A stretch of 63,222 nucleotides of DNA, the filler included, from Hausera hauseri (Eukaryota): NCBI GenBank assembly GCA_046269625.1. It is 12 parts of 12 records of this genome, joined end to end, with 100 filler letters (N's around TTAATTAATTAA, not from the genome) between each part and the next. Parts side by side here need not be neighbours in the genome. Positions count along the whole stretch, not along the records: positions 1 to 4,663 come from JBJURY010485020.1; positions 4,764 to 14,315 come from JBJURY010342156.1; 10 more parts are not named here. One strand, given 5' to 3'. The number at the start of each line of letters is the position of its first letter. The first letter of the stretch is position 1. The notes under the pieces were generated by a model. The model did no database searches. It was not told the origin of the DNA and saw only the letters and a list, made by a program, of their open reading frames with translations. Below are positions 1-12,836 of the stretch, in pieces. The translations under genes were made by a program, and so were the position numbers.

Positions 1-1
1 G

Positions 2-436
2 AAATCAAGCTGGGACACCATAATCACGAGAATAGAGTTCGCCATAAATGCAACTTGGCAGGCAACAATCGGAATGAACCCCTTTGAAGTAGTGTTCGGG
101 AAGAAACTGTCTTTGTATGGGTTGCATCAAGATGCGGGAGTCCAAAACAACCCGACAGCGGAGCAGAATAATAAAAAGGCCTCCGAAAGATTACAGCTAT
201 TGGAAGATCAAAAACGCGGACACCGAATATTTCAAGTGGGGGAAGTGGTATTAGTAAAAAAAGATCTACACAAAAGAAAGAAAGATGGGAATAGATACGA
301 AGGACCATACCGAATAGTTAAATTCCTTACTCCACATCAGCCAGTACTACAATTCCCCAATAGACCGAAACCCAGGCGAATTGCGTGGTTGAAAAGAGTG
401 ACGTCAAACGATAAAACAGAGAGAGAGGGAAGTTAG
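2..436 (+). mobile_element. Ty3/Gypsy integrase C-terminal fragment (5'-truncated at window edge)
   Basis: Frame open from nt 2: KSSWDTIITRIEFAINATWQATIGMNPFEVVFG...FQVGEVVLVK...YEGPYRIV (GPY/F motif); purine run agagagagagggaag at the ORF end is PPT-like. Confidence 0.85.
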
Positions 437-599
437 AAAATGTGATAATTTGTTTAAACAATGTGAGTGTTATGGTAGTTTAATAAATTGATATGGAGTC
501 TTTTAGTTCTCTTACTAACTGTAAGACAGGAAATAAAAATTTATGAAAACTGTTTATTTGATAAATCTACATATACGTATATACACATATTCAAACAAA

Positions 600-3500
600 T
601 TAAATATTATCAATAGTTTCACACTCCACCGTGTTGTCTAAAACATTGTCTGTTAGCCAACCCCCAAAGCGATCAGGAGGTTTTCTGGTATTTTTTGGAC
701 GAAACTTCAAGTTTTCTTTCATTGGACTTATTCGATGCTGAACATTTTGAATAATACTTGCCGACCTGGTGTGACTCATATATATTGGGAAACCATGTAA
801 TCTGCCCTTGAGTAATATCTGTCCTGTGGCCAAACTACTGTACACCTGGTAGGGACAGGTTTCACAGACTTGATTTCCAACTGTGACGCCATCTTTATAG
901 GATACATCACTCTGATTCTGATTCAACCCATTATTTCCCGGGATGCGCAATATTCTCTCGAAAAGTACCGTTGAGAGCGGATCCCCATTTTTGTTGGAGT
1001 CACATTGTACCAGAATACCATGTCTGGGACACTTTTACCGTCTCTCTCTTGACTGTCCTATGGCAACGTTCAACAATCCCATTTGCAGAGGGCTTCATGG
1101 CGCAGCGGAAGTGTACCTTGACATTCCATTCATTACACATCGTCGTGAATCTATCCGTTCTAAAGCTCGAATAATTATCAGCTAATAGCTCCTCTGGAAG
1201 ACCGAATTCCCTGAAATTGTTACCAAGCTGACATCAAAAGATTTACTCCTTCATTGTCAAAATGTCTTCATATCATGTATCTGCTTGGCATGCAGTATAT
1301 CACCGTTAGGAACCTAGTTCTCCGGTAGTGCGTCCCGTCAACAGCTAATCTGTTCTACGAGCACTGACTGTTTAAACGCCAATTTTCCCACACGATAGGA
1401 TTCGGATCAATCGACAGATATTTTTGACAGTTTTTAATTTCCCAACGAATCTCGTATATCGTCGCACCTAAATTTGGCTACGTCTCGTTCAAGACATACT
1501 TTGTTTTTCTGGCCCCTATTATTCACTTTCCAAATGACATCAGCAACATCTGGCCTTAAAGCTGTTGCTTCGCATACCTTAGCTGCATATTCATTCTCGC
1601 GCTTGTGGAGCCAGCGATTTGGAACACGCGTTAAAATATCCGCTTTATTCAAGCTAGACGCTATCAAACGTAGCGATATTAATAACGAGCAAGAGTCGAT
1701 TATTTCCATTAACAAACCCAACCTGCATTTAATAAATGTTTTGGATAACCCACTTATTCTAATTTCTTTATCTTTCAACAATAGTGAATTGATCCAAGCA
1801 CATACTGATGATGAGTCTGAATATATTTTAATAGTTTTGAAACCCCTACTTACAACGTCATTTATATGACTGACGTCTGTTTCCTTTCGTAGCCAGCTTA
1901 CATCCTCGACAATTTCGTTTCCCACTACAATACACATTCCGAATGCAATACTACGTGCGTAGTACCTGATTTTGCAGGGCTCTGATACATCAATTGTCCA
2001 TCTTCCAGGATTACATATTTCTTATGTTCTTTTTGTACTATTTCACGAAGCCAATTCGTGAAATACCAACACTTAATTGGTCAATTTAATCCATTCAATG
2101 ATTTTTTCAAAAAGCTTCACTAGTGCCTCAACCATCCACATATAGGATAATGACCGACTAGTTTTCCACAAATAGAAAATACATCTGACTTGGTCAATGA
2201 ATCTGTTACGTCAGAAATCTGGATGATAGAATTATCTCGTTTCCACACAATCATATTATTTTGATGACCAAGTCGCAATCTCAGAATTCTGCTGTTGCGT
2301 AGCTCGGTTGGCATCTTTCATTCAAGTCCGAATCTTCCTAATCTGTCCTTTACTGTCGCCACTGTGATCGAATCTTCATTTACCGCTATATCGTCAATAT
2401 ACGAGTCTATTCCTTGAGTCCTTTTTGGATAAGTCATCAAAATTCTGTTAACAATTTTTCCTATGATTTTTGGTGCAACGTTAAGTCCAAACCCCAAGCG
2501 CATTAAACAATATTTCCTTCCCGTGAACTGGACAACTTGATATTTCCACATTGAAGTGTCCACATGAATTTGTAAATAAGCATCTGTATTGCCTATCTTT
2601 CTCCATTTATGTAATGTTTTATTGCAGGCTACATTTTACCCATTATGCGGCGAAACAAACTCATTTAATTTCCTATAATCCAACGCCGGTCGGACTTTGT
2701 TCTTATTTTCTAGCATTACCGCCATTAACGGTAAAAATACTCAACATTCCCCGCTCTAAGGAAGTAACCAACCTTTATCGATCCACCTTTCCACTTCTTT
2801 TTCAAAATGAAGTACGGCCTTCTTAGGGATATTGCCATTGTCTACGGTTCTGTGTACATATAGTTCGTCTTTCGTATTCAAATTTCATTTAACGATCCAA
2901 GAGCAAAACCTACACGTAGCTGCAAAATTTACATCTTCTATAATAATTCCATCAGTCATCAATTTCAAAAGCCTTTTCAACGGAAACTCAACCCAACAAT
3001 ACTTTCCCTCTCGAATCGATATTCAGGCCACCAACAGCAGTCACAAAATTCATTCCTAACACTGCATCCACTCCAGCAAGAGATTTAACGACTTACGAGG
3101 GAACTCTAACTTTCACATCTTCTACAGTGACTTCACAATTACATGCTCTAATGCAGTTTAGTATCTCCCCACTCATAAAAATCACGTTTTTCGGGTCGAA
3201 GTAACAGTCTCGATTTCCGATAAATTTTTCGACAATAAATGTACACGAGCAACCCGTGTCAATCAGAGCTAAGGTACAATGAAATATTGACTGCTGAGAT
3301 GAATTATTGGGTGAGAAATATTCACTAATGCTACTACTCAGTGATGTTTCCCGATGTCGTTTTCCTGATTCCGCTCAGGGCAGTTTCTTCGCTAATGGCT
3401 AGTTTTTCCAAACTGAAAACATGAGGCTGGAAGTTATTTTGTTTTACTTTTCAAAAACAACACCATGTGCGTCCACAACAACAATTATGATTTTTGGTTT

Positions 3501-3600
3501 TTTGAAATCATCCTCTGCGTATCTTAACCAATCTTCCATAACCTGTTTAGAGCTTTTTGTGATACGAGGTGATTCCTTTACGGTTTCTAAACTCACAATC
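600..3600 (-). mobile_element. Degenerate LTR retrotransposon gag-pol (Gypsy-type domain order PR-RT-RH-IN)
   Basis: Degenerate CCHC knuckle CFQFGKTSH*RRNC (~3380-3420); protease LALIDTGCS (~3250-3275); RT LGFGLNVAP and YIDDI (2318-2563); RNase H IYSDSSSV...NKADILTR (1434-1937); integrase ANGIVERCHRT (~1055-1090); many stops and frameshifts. Confidence 0.8.
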
Positions 3601-3753
3601 CGTGGCGTGCCGTAGGAGGAGGATTAGCGAAGTGACGTCAAGATTTTTTTTTCATAGGATCTATTTTTTAGGATCTACATTTTAAAATTGGTAAAAAATT
3701 AAATTTGAACATATTTGCAAATAACATTGCAGTTTCATTTTGAGAATAACGTG

Positions 3754-3823
3754 TATATATATATATATACATACATACATACATACATACATACATACAT
3801 ACATACATACATACATACATACA
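3754..3823. repeat. (TA)n(TACA)n microsatellite
   Basis: Read directly from the sequence. Confidence 0.97.
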
Positions 3824-4663
3824 TTATTCTCAATATGAAACTGCAATGTTATTTGCAGTTACTTGATCATGACTGTTTAAGAATTTTTTCAAAACGGGTG
3901 GGTTTCGTAAAAGCGTTTCATACAAAGTAGTTGATTTTAGAACAAGCTATCCAATGATGTCATATTTGATCTTCCTTTTTCACCTGAATTTTTTAAGTAC
4001 CGTTTAACAAATATCGTCCCAGCCGATCACTACCATCATTTAATTTTTCACCGTTTTTTCCTTATCAAATTTTTAATCCAAATTCTCCACTGTTAACCGA
4101 AATAAAAGGCTTATGCCGGATTTCTTAATTAGTCTTCATAACTAGAAGAATCAGTTCTAACTTACTTCCATTTGTATGGATTTATGAATTGTTTTCAGCT
4201 CTTTGAAACGGAAAAGAAAGATGATAGTTTTATTTTATTAATTCATTTATTCGGTATCTTGTATGTTTGTATATTCGCTTTATCGTATATAATTCTAATA
4301 GTGTAAATTACCCAACAACTCGAAATCAGATTTCAGATGAAATGTTCCATGCAAATGAATAGTCGATCGATATGTTTGAACATTTACTAATCGATTTAAC
4401 AGACCCATTTTGTTTCTTGTGCCCTTTGTGGATTACTGTAAAACTTTCACTTTCTTGATGGCGGTGAAGGAAAACATCGAAGACATAAAGTAGTCACCGC
4501 TTATACTAATGCCGTTGGCTATTAACTGTTTACCTCTCAAGGATCATTTATAACTTTTGACATCAATGCATATCTTACCAAAGACTAGTAAAGCTTTCAG
4601 TCATATTTGGTTTATAGTGCTGGAATAGTACAAAGATATCTACTTGTGGATGTCAACATGAAA

Positions 4664-4763
4664 NNNNNNNNNNNNNNNNNNNNNNNNNNNNNNNNNNNNN
4701 NNNNNNNTTAATTAATTAANNNNNNNNNNNNNNNNNNNNNNNNNNNNNNNNNNNNNNNNNNNN
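4664..4763. other. Artificial contig spacer N44-TTAATTAATTAA-N44 (also at 14316, 19316, 24202, 29152, 34841, 39606, 45145, 49439, 53570, 58795)
   Basis: Identical 100-nt pattern 11 times; the core has stops in all six frames. Confidence 0.98.
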
Positions 4764-5020
4764 CCCCCCCCCCCGGGTGGGTCAGAACCGCCATTTCCCC
4801 GTACTTGCAAAGTTATATGCTTTTACACTGGACTCATCAATTCGGTGGTATATTGTTCTATACACTTCCGCATCTCATAAAAAACTGTTTTAGTTGAGAT
4901 TGACTAACGTTAATCAATGATATGGAGGAATGCGCAACTTTAAGTGCTTTGATATGTACACGTTCTGTAATTTGAATGAAACGATAGCGTATTGAGGCAC
5001 ATTTGAATTTGTCAAAGTTC

Positions 5021-5142
5021 TGTAGTGATTTCTTTTGAGCCGGGAAATAGGGGACCGCCCATGGGCCCGACGCAGCGGTAGGGGAAGCCTGGCCGTGTCC
5101 AACCAAATGGGCCAAAGGACACCGGCCGCTGTGGGCACCACA
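5021..5142 (-). repeat. Short (~122 bp) 3' LTR of the CsRN1-like element
   Basis: Starts TGTGGTG immediately after the PPT and ends CACTACA (imperfect terminal inverted repeat). Confidence 0.65.
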
Positions 5143-8100
5143 TCACCCCTCCGTGGCAAAGTGAAAACTATAAAGATTAAAACAGAGGGAAAAATAAAAG
5201 CGCTAAACGAAAAAGTGTGTGTCTGTTGGTCTTAGTGTGGACAAGACATTGGGTGCCTTCTGCTGATTTTTCCCTGCTATACTTGCTAAATGTGACTCTG
5301 TGTGTTTTGTCTTTATGCGATGCGGTTGCTTGTAGAGGTTGAAGTTGGTGGAAAATTGTCGGATTTTGTTGTGAGTATTGTGTCGTGCGAAGACGAGTCA
5401 GAATGAAGAGAAGAGGAAGGTGAAGGAGGAAGAGAGAAAAATGTTGGAGTAGAAGTTGGAATTGAATAGGGTGAAAGAGTAGAAGTGGAAGAAGAAAGAG
5501 AGGTAATGGTGGAGAGAGGAAAAGAAATAGGGATAGAAGTGAAGAGAGGAGGAAGTTGCGAAGCGGAAATAAAAGGAATAAAAGACGATGTGTGAGGAGA
5601 GAGGGAGGAAAAAGGCGCCGAAGATGAGGAAGGTGTGAAAGGAAAAAAGAGAAAGAGAGAAGGGCGAAGAGGTACAAAACGGAATAGAGCGAGAATATGG
5701 AGAAGGCAAAGGAAAGTAGTTGGAAGGTGGTATGCAAGAGGTTGGAATGATAAAAGGGGTAGATGGAGAGATTGGTGAAGTCAAAGTGCTGTTTGGCGGG
5801 AGATGTCTTGTAATAGTATAAAGGAAGTTGTCACCAAGGGATGGAGGAGGTTTTAGAAGGCTTGAAGGTGCAAAATTGGATGGGGTAAAAGGCTAAATTG
5901 TCAGAAGAAATTGAAGTAGAAGTCTTAGGAGAAAACGTGGGGAAAAGTAAATTAAGCAATTGAGCAGAGATGGAAGGTGAATTGTTGGATTGCTGCGCGT
6001 CATGTCAAGATGTTGGTGGAGAAGTAGTTTCGATGGGACACGTATCGTCAATGAATAAACCGGTTTAGCATTGTTGATGTGTACTGTTACTTCTTTGTCG
6101 TCCTTGAAAATAATGATGTTGTGAGAGTGTAAACGAATTACTTTGTAAGGGCCAACATACTGAGGCTGAAAATCACACGGCGTCTGATTCTTTAGCCATA
6201 CGAATTGGCAGTATATAAGTCGTCGGGTATGTAAAATTTATTTCCGTGTAATAGTCTACAAAATAAGTCTTTGCTGATCTCAATAAAGTGTCTCTGTTTA
6301 GCTTGTATGGTTTCGCCTGTAGGAAAATTGTCCAGCTTAGCCAGCTCGAATAATGATCTGATGGAAGTACCAAATAATGCTTTTGCAAGTGAACAGCCTG
6401 TAGAAGTAGATAGTGTGTTCCGCCAGCCGAGCAGAACATACAGGAGGAGCGTGGTCCAACTGCGATTGGACTCAGCAAGGATTTTGAGAGACGTTTTCAT
6501 CGTTCGTTGAAAGCGTTCAAGAAGACCATTCGATTGGGGATGATATGGTGATGTGTGAATGTGGTTTATCCCCAATCGGTTAACAAGAGCTTTGAACAGG
6601 TTCGATTCGAATTGTGGGCCTTGGTCAGAAATTATGTGGCGAGGTGTTCCAAACCTGCTGATCCAAGTGCGGATGAAAACACCTGCGATTGTTTCTGTGC
6701 TGGTACTCCAAAGCGGACAGCCTCTGGCGATCGTGAAGAACGGTCCATCATTGTGAGGATAAACTGATGACCGTTGTCTAGGGGTAGTGAGCCTACAAGG
6801 TCAATGTGAACAGATTCAAAACGAGACGTACAGGAAATTGATACAGTGGTGGCTTTAAATGCTTAATAACTTTGTATTTTTGGCATGCCACACACTGCCT
6901 AACATATGCCTGCACGTTAGAGCGCATCGACGGCCATACTACTTGGCGTTGTAAGAGTCGAAAAGTGGCCTTGACACCCGGGTGATGCAACGAATGTATG
7001 CTGTTGAATGCTTCTTTTCGAAGCGAATCAGAAAGGATGACATTAGGATTATTAGGTTTGGAGGTGTCAAAGGCCACACCGTCGATAGTTTTGCACGATT
7101 TAAAAGATTTAAGGATGTCAGTAGGTGGCTGGTTTTGTTGAAGTTTAGATTGAGGGAAAATTGGTGTAAAATCAATTGAGCTGACCGATTGGGACAAAAA
7201 GTCAACTACTAAATTGTCGACGCCGTTTAAATGCTTAATTTCAAAATTATATGTGGACAAATACGATATTTTCCTCTCCTGACGTGGAGAAGGCGATTTC
7301 ATAGTGAGAATTTGAAGAAAGTGCTTGTGGTCCATTTGTATTGTAAAGTTCGGCGGTTAGCAGATGTTTAAACTGTTTTACGTCAAGGACCATTGCAAGC
7401 AACTCTAGGTTAAAGGTAGAATATCTTTGCTCTTGTGCCGTGAATTTACAATAAATGAATTCTAGTGGCTCATGGGATCAATATTTAACTTGATGGAGGA
7501 CAGCATCTGCAGCTGTTGTGGATTCGTCCGTGGTTAAGAAGAGTTCTGCATAGGAGTCGGGATAGGCCAGGATTTACAGGGTTTTTAGATTATCTTTAAG
7601 GTGATCGAAAGCGTTGACTAGCTTGGCGGTCCATTAAATAGGTTACTTTTCCTTGTCAGAGCTTATTGATGCAAATAGAGCGGTTAGAGTGGAGCAGTGT
7701 GGAACATACTTATTAATAAAGTGCAAGGTTCTGAGGAAAGAACGCACCTATGTTGATGTACGTGGTAGTTGTATGTTTCTGAGCTGTGTGATGCGCTCTG
7801 ACTGAGGTGAATATCCGGAGGAGCTGATGACATGTCCTAGGAAGTTGACCTTATGTTGAAAAAAAGAGCATTTGGAGAAATTAATTTGTAATTTGTTTTG
7901 GTGCAAGCGCTGGAAGATTAAACTTAAGTGCTGGCAGTGTTGTTTCGAGGAGGATAATGCAATTAGGATATCATAGCTATAGGGATAAGCAAAGTCTAAA
8001 CCTGAGAGAACTGTGTCAATATGCTTTTGGAAGGTCTGAAAAGCGCTACAAAGTCCAAAAGGCATGAAAAGCTATTCGAAAAGGCCGAAAGGTGTAATGA

Positions 8101-10572
8101 CAGCAGTTTTCGGAATGTCTGCTGGGGACACCGGAATTTGGTGGTATGCTTTGTGTAAATCAATGCAGGAAAAGATGGTCGAACCATGGAGCCTGTGAAG
8201 GATATCGTTGATTAATGGTAGAGGGTGGGCATCCATTGTTGCTATGGTGTTGAGTTGGCGGTAATCACCGCATGGGCGAAAGGTGCTATCTTTTTTTGGA
8301 ACCACATGCAGTGGTGAAGACCAGGGGGATTTAAATCTTCTGATTGTTCCTGATCTTTCCATTTGGAGAAACTCAGCCTCCACTGCCTGTATGTGACGAG
8401 GCGATAGCGGACGGACCTTCTGACGTATTGGTCTCTGATATGCTGTCACTATGTGATGAAAGGTGGATTGGGGTGGTATAAATGACTTGTCCTTTTGCAA
8501 TAGACGCGTGCAGGAGGACGAAATGTACTGCTGTAAATCAGAAGGTAACGATGACAAGTTATCCGATGGTGTCGATGTATCATGACTGGATGCAGTTGAG
8601 GTATGAGTTGTAGACAAGGTGTTGCGACTAGGTGGTATTTGGTTCAGGATGTTCGTGTTGAAGATGGTGTTGGCAGCTGTGCTATTAGTAATTGGTGCCA
8701 CGCAGTTGACAATATCGCATTTGTCATCGTAATAAAAATTTCTATATAATAAATAATTATAAAAATAATTCAAATCGGTAGTCATTTTCTTTACTATTGA
8801 CTTATTGGACGCGATCGCCGGGGTGGTCATCGAAATGCTGATTTGATTAAGATTATTTCCGCTCTTTAAAAAACATTGTTTGCAATCTACAAGTAAATTG
8901 TAGTGGGACAAAAAGTCTGAACCCAATATAAGCAAGTGTACATTAGCTATTGTAAATTTTTATGTGAATGTGTTTGTGAAGTGTGGGAGGGTGAATGTCA
9001 ATGTGGTGACTCCAAAAGTTTGTAAATGTTCACCTGGCGCAGTGAACAGTTGCTTTTGTGAAGTGTAATTGTGTTGTATGTGTTGTGTTGGTGGCAGTAG
9101 AGAGATTGCTGCACCGGTGTCTATAAGAAAGTTTATTATTTGCTTTGTTGGAGTGATAACTGCTGCGAGGACTTGCCGTGTGTCCTAGCGGAAAAATTAG
9201 TTTCTTGGTGCTGATGAATTTGGCGTACTGTTTTGTGTAAGCTTTTTAGTGTTGGTCTTATCGTGTGTGCTATAGGTACAGCCAGGTAGGCATTTTTGTG
9301 CTTTTGTGCCAAATTTTGAGTGGTAGATGCAAACGATGTTGCTTGTATTGAAATTAGGGGAACGAAATTTACAACCTATGCAGTATTTCTGAGCATTGTT
9401 GCCAAATTTGTATTTGACGTTGATTAAATGCACTAGGGGAAGCAGGCCTAGAAAAACCCCGTCGAGATAGTGTTAATGCGTTTAGTTTGTCGTTAATGTT
9501 GTTGATTGTTTTTTGTAATGTTTCATTTTTGTGCGCAATTGCGCTATTTGTTGCTGCAGCATTGCATTTTGTTGTTGTTGTTGATCTTCTGTCAATGCTG
9601 CAGAAATAGTTGGTGCTGCATTTGAGTGCAGTATTTCGCATGCCTTGTTTGCCAATTCGGCTAGCTTGTCAAGAGCCGCGGAGTCCTCAACCACAGTTAG
9701 CAAAGCTTTTATTTGAAGGGGCAATGCATTTAAGAAATAGCGACGAAGAAGCTCAGGACTGTGTTCAGAGGTTGCGTCAAGGGTGTTGAGGTGAGAGAAG
9801 GATGTGCGTAGGAATTCAAAAGGCTTCTGAAAGCCCATGGCGTTGTCGTTAAAGAACCTCTGGATGATTGAATTGATTGAAGGCTCAGTAAGCTTGAGAA
9901 CGGCATTATAAAGTTGAGTATATGGGTCAGTGTGATGAGGGATATCGATGATATTGGTAATTTTAGTTTTGATGGAAGCTGGTAAATTGAAAAAGAGACT
10001 GTTAACTTTGGCTAAAGAGTCGACGACATTTTGCGATTGGAGCCAAAATTGGTGCAGTTTTAACCAAGTTTGAGTAGAGTTTTGGCTGTCGAGAAAATAT
10101 TCGGTGAAAGGTGAATGAGTGAGGAGGGTATGTTGCGTAGGGATGTTTGAGGCGCTGTGTTTGGGTAAGTGAATGATGGAGATTTGTTGTTTAGTGAGTT
10201 TGTCCGTGGTGTCAAATGTGGGTGACGAATCCATGCCACCACGGATACGGAAATTAATATGAAAATAGATGTTGGTTGAGGAAGATTGTAGAGTTCCAGC
10301 GAGAAGTACTAGAGATCCGTTATGTGCAAGTTAGAAATCAGAGGAGTGGAGTAAGATGGAGGTAAAGTTATGAATCGTTGCAGTGTGTAAATGCAATGTT
10401 ATGTACGTGCGTATGAGTTTATTGTTTAGAAAAAGAAAGATGGAAAGGGGAGAGATAGTGTCCGAGAGCGTGTTGCGCGGCAGAAATCAAAGGCACCGTC
10501 TGATCCACTGGCGCAGGGTGGGCGGCCGGGACCTCAGCCTCGCTGCGGCGGGTATCAAATTTCGGGGTAACC
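5021..10572 (-). mobile_element. CsRN1-clade-like Ty3/Gypsy LTR retrotransposon, degenerate, 5' LTR not found
   Basis: Gag 9197-10234 with CX2HX9CX3C motif (CIYHSKFGTKAQKCLPGC); protease FLIDTGAAIS (~9100-9135); RT WSSPLHVVPKKD...DYRQLN...IDLHKAYHQI...MPFGL; RNase H; HHCC zinc domain; integrase SPYHPQSNGLLERF and GPY; PPT ggaggggtga; degenerate tRNA-Trp-type PBS tcggttaccccga at ~10562-10574. Confidence 0.88.
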
Positions 10573-10686
10573 GAATTCTTACCTGTTTTACTGCAACTGG
10601 ATGACTGTTTCTGGTAGATTTAGATACGAGATTCGGACGACTGATAATTGGAGGTGGCAATCGGCATTGATGAAAATGATAACGGA

Positions 10687-12593
10687 TCACAAGAAGAAGA
10701 ATGAGTGCACCGATTTTTGTGCACCACTTTGAAAGTACGAATAATTCTGCAGTTGAGTGTAACACGCTGCGCTGGAGCAGACGGATGAAGGGTGCATTTG
10801 GCCCGTGGGCTGAGACGAGTAATTGTACCCTCCACTAGACGGATAGTGGTAGTTCAGGTCCTGTTGTGGCAGCTGTTGTTGGCAGAACAGCGATTGGGAA
10901 GTATACTTATTCGACTGGGATGTTGCAGCTATGCAGAGCGGCGAATGTTGGACACGGTCTGGTGGATCCGAGTAGGGCTGGGAATTTTGGTTGAAAACAG
11001 TCTGGCCATAACCGAATGTACTAGCTGCTTTGTTCACTTCTCCAGTACAGGAATGCGGTTCCTGTGGAGCTAGACCTGGCATCGATGGTCTCGAATGATG
11101 CCCAAATAAACTGGCTTTTTCTGATCAACGTAACAACGGGGCATATTTCACCGGAAATATTATCAGATACAACGTCTACTGGCGCTTTTCGAGCGTCTGC
11201 TGCGGCGTTGCATACTTTTTTGTAACTGGCGTTCTTGATAACTACTAAATCAACCTCGTGGGGATCCATGAAGACGGTGGGATCTGTGCCCACTAGATAC
11301 GGAACGGACAGTTGAGAAAATGAACAACCCTGATCAATCGAAGTCGATTCGAGGGGTTTTCGCTGTTCCTGACGCTGCAGAAGACGGCTTATTTCATTGT
11401 GCGCTTCACCCGATTCATTGTTGGGACTCGACTGAGCCGGACTAAACTGTAAAACAGCGTGCTGAGAGCGTTGTCGAAGCTGCACTGGAGGTGCTAACGT
11501 TATCGGGGTCTGACTATTCGAATGCATTGTCATCTTGTTTAGTCTCTGTCACAGTTGATATTTCCTGAATGCGCTTCAGTCGTAACTTTATGCTACCGGT
11601 CGATTTGGAGGGCGGCGGGGATTCGCACTTTGGTGGCTGTGCTCGTTTCGAAGAAAGCTTTAGTATTAATGGAAGATTTTCCACAACCGATGGACTGACT
11701 TTTTTATTTTTACTTGGTGACCGCAGTTGCCGAACGCGTCTTGGTTTTACTTCTGTTGATACAGCTATTGCACTGCTACGGCGATTTTCTTTTGTACAGA
11801 AAATGCACTTTGAATTTCTTTCTCTTGGCAATTTTTTCGGTTTCCGGAGCGGTGATTGTTCCAATGGCTTTTGACGCAATTGACGAGCAGGCTTTGGTGA
11901 TGTCTTTTTGATGGTAGACTCAACAATTTCTAACTGCGGCAGACGAATACGCATTTTTAATGACTCTGTAGACTCCATCTTGGCAGTTGATTCGCAGTGA
12001 GTACAGATTGTCTCGTTCCTTAGTAGCTAAATTCCGTAGCTAAAGAAACTTCTCCATGGTTTTATTCACGAATTTTGTCGATCTTTTCACGATATTTCTT
12101 TATTTCGACTCTTAAGTGGATTACTAATTTACAATGGTAAGCCACCAATTTCTTTATATTTACTCTTCTTGCGGATAGACTTTTCTTTCCTTTTCGTCAT
12201 AGCAGATGGAACTTCAATTATGCGTGAAAACTTGACAGGACTGCCATGTTTGACCCATTTGCCTTTGTGTTTGCTCTTACGCAACCGAGACGTATTTTAC
12301 ACCGTATTTAGAAAATCCTGCAATTGCAAATGATCCTCTTTGAAAGTTGAAATGAGAAATGAATTCGTTTTCGGGACAGCGTTTTCAGCACCGGGTGAAC
12401 CAGAATGATCCAATACTGATGAATATGGCGAAGACAATTCTTGGTCGTTAATAGGAAAATTTTGTTCAGGTAGATCGGGAGAACTAGCACCTGTTTGGTC
12501 ATTTTTGCATAATCGCTTCAAACTGTATGTGGAATAAAAATGCATTTTATTCACGATTCCATTAACTTGCTCGTCTGGAACCATCGATTGCAA
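10687..12593 (-). pseudogene. Frameshifted S/P/K-rich hypothetical protein (four overlapping or near-contiguous ORFs)
   Basis: Same-strand ORFs 12297-12593, 11514-11978, 11021-11533 and 10687-11082 form a run; no recognisable domain. Confidence 0.35.
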
Positions 12594-12836
12594 GAGTTTT
12601 TAACACACTTTCAGGAACGGAAGAGACAAACTAAAGCTGGAATCTGCATTCAAATGCAATGAGCTCAAACCTTTTCGACCACCTAATGAATGTTGTCGAT
12701 GACTGACAATGTAGTTGGTGGGTCTAGAAGATAAATACCCAATATCGATATAAAATTCAGATAGAAGATAATTAGAAATTCAGATTAAAAATGACTAAAA
12801 TTCTAACAAATAGACCGAAAAAATATTAACTGTAAA

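Noticed and set aside
4708-4719. TTAATTAATTAA as a biological repeat or piggyBac target site
   Set aside because: Always centred in 44+44 Ns; assembly linker.
5177-5737. Hydrophobic 186-aa ORF as an env gene
   Set aside because: The hydrophobicity follows from C/T-rich composition; no signal peptide, furin site or Cys pattern, and no similar ORF in the sister copy at 22742-23200.
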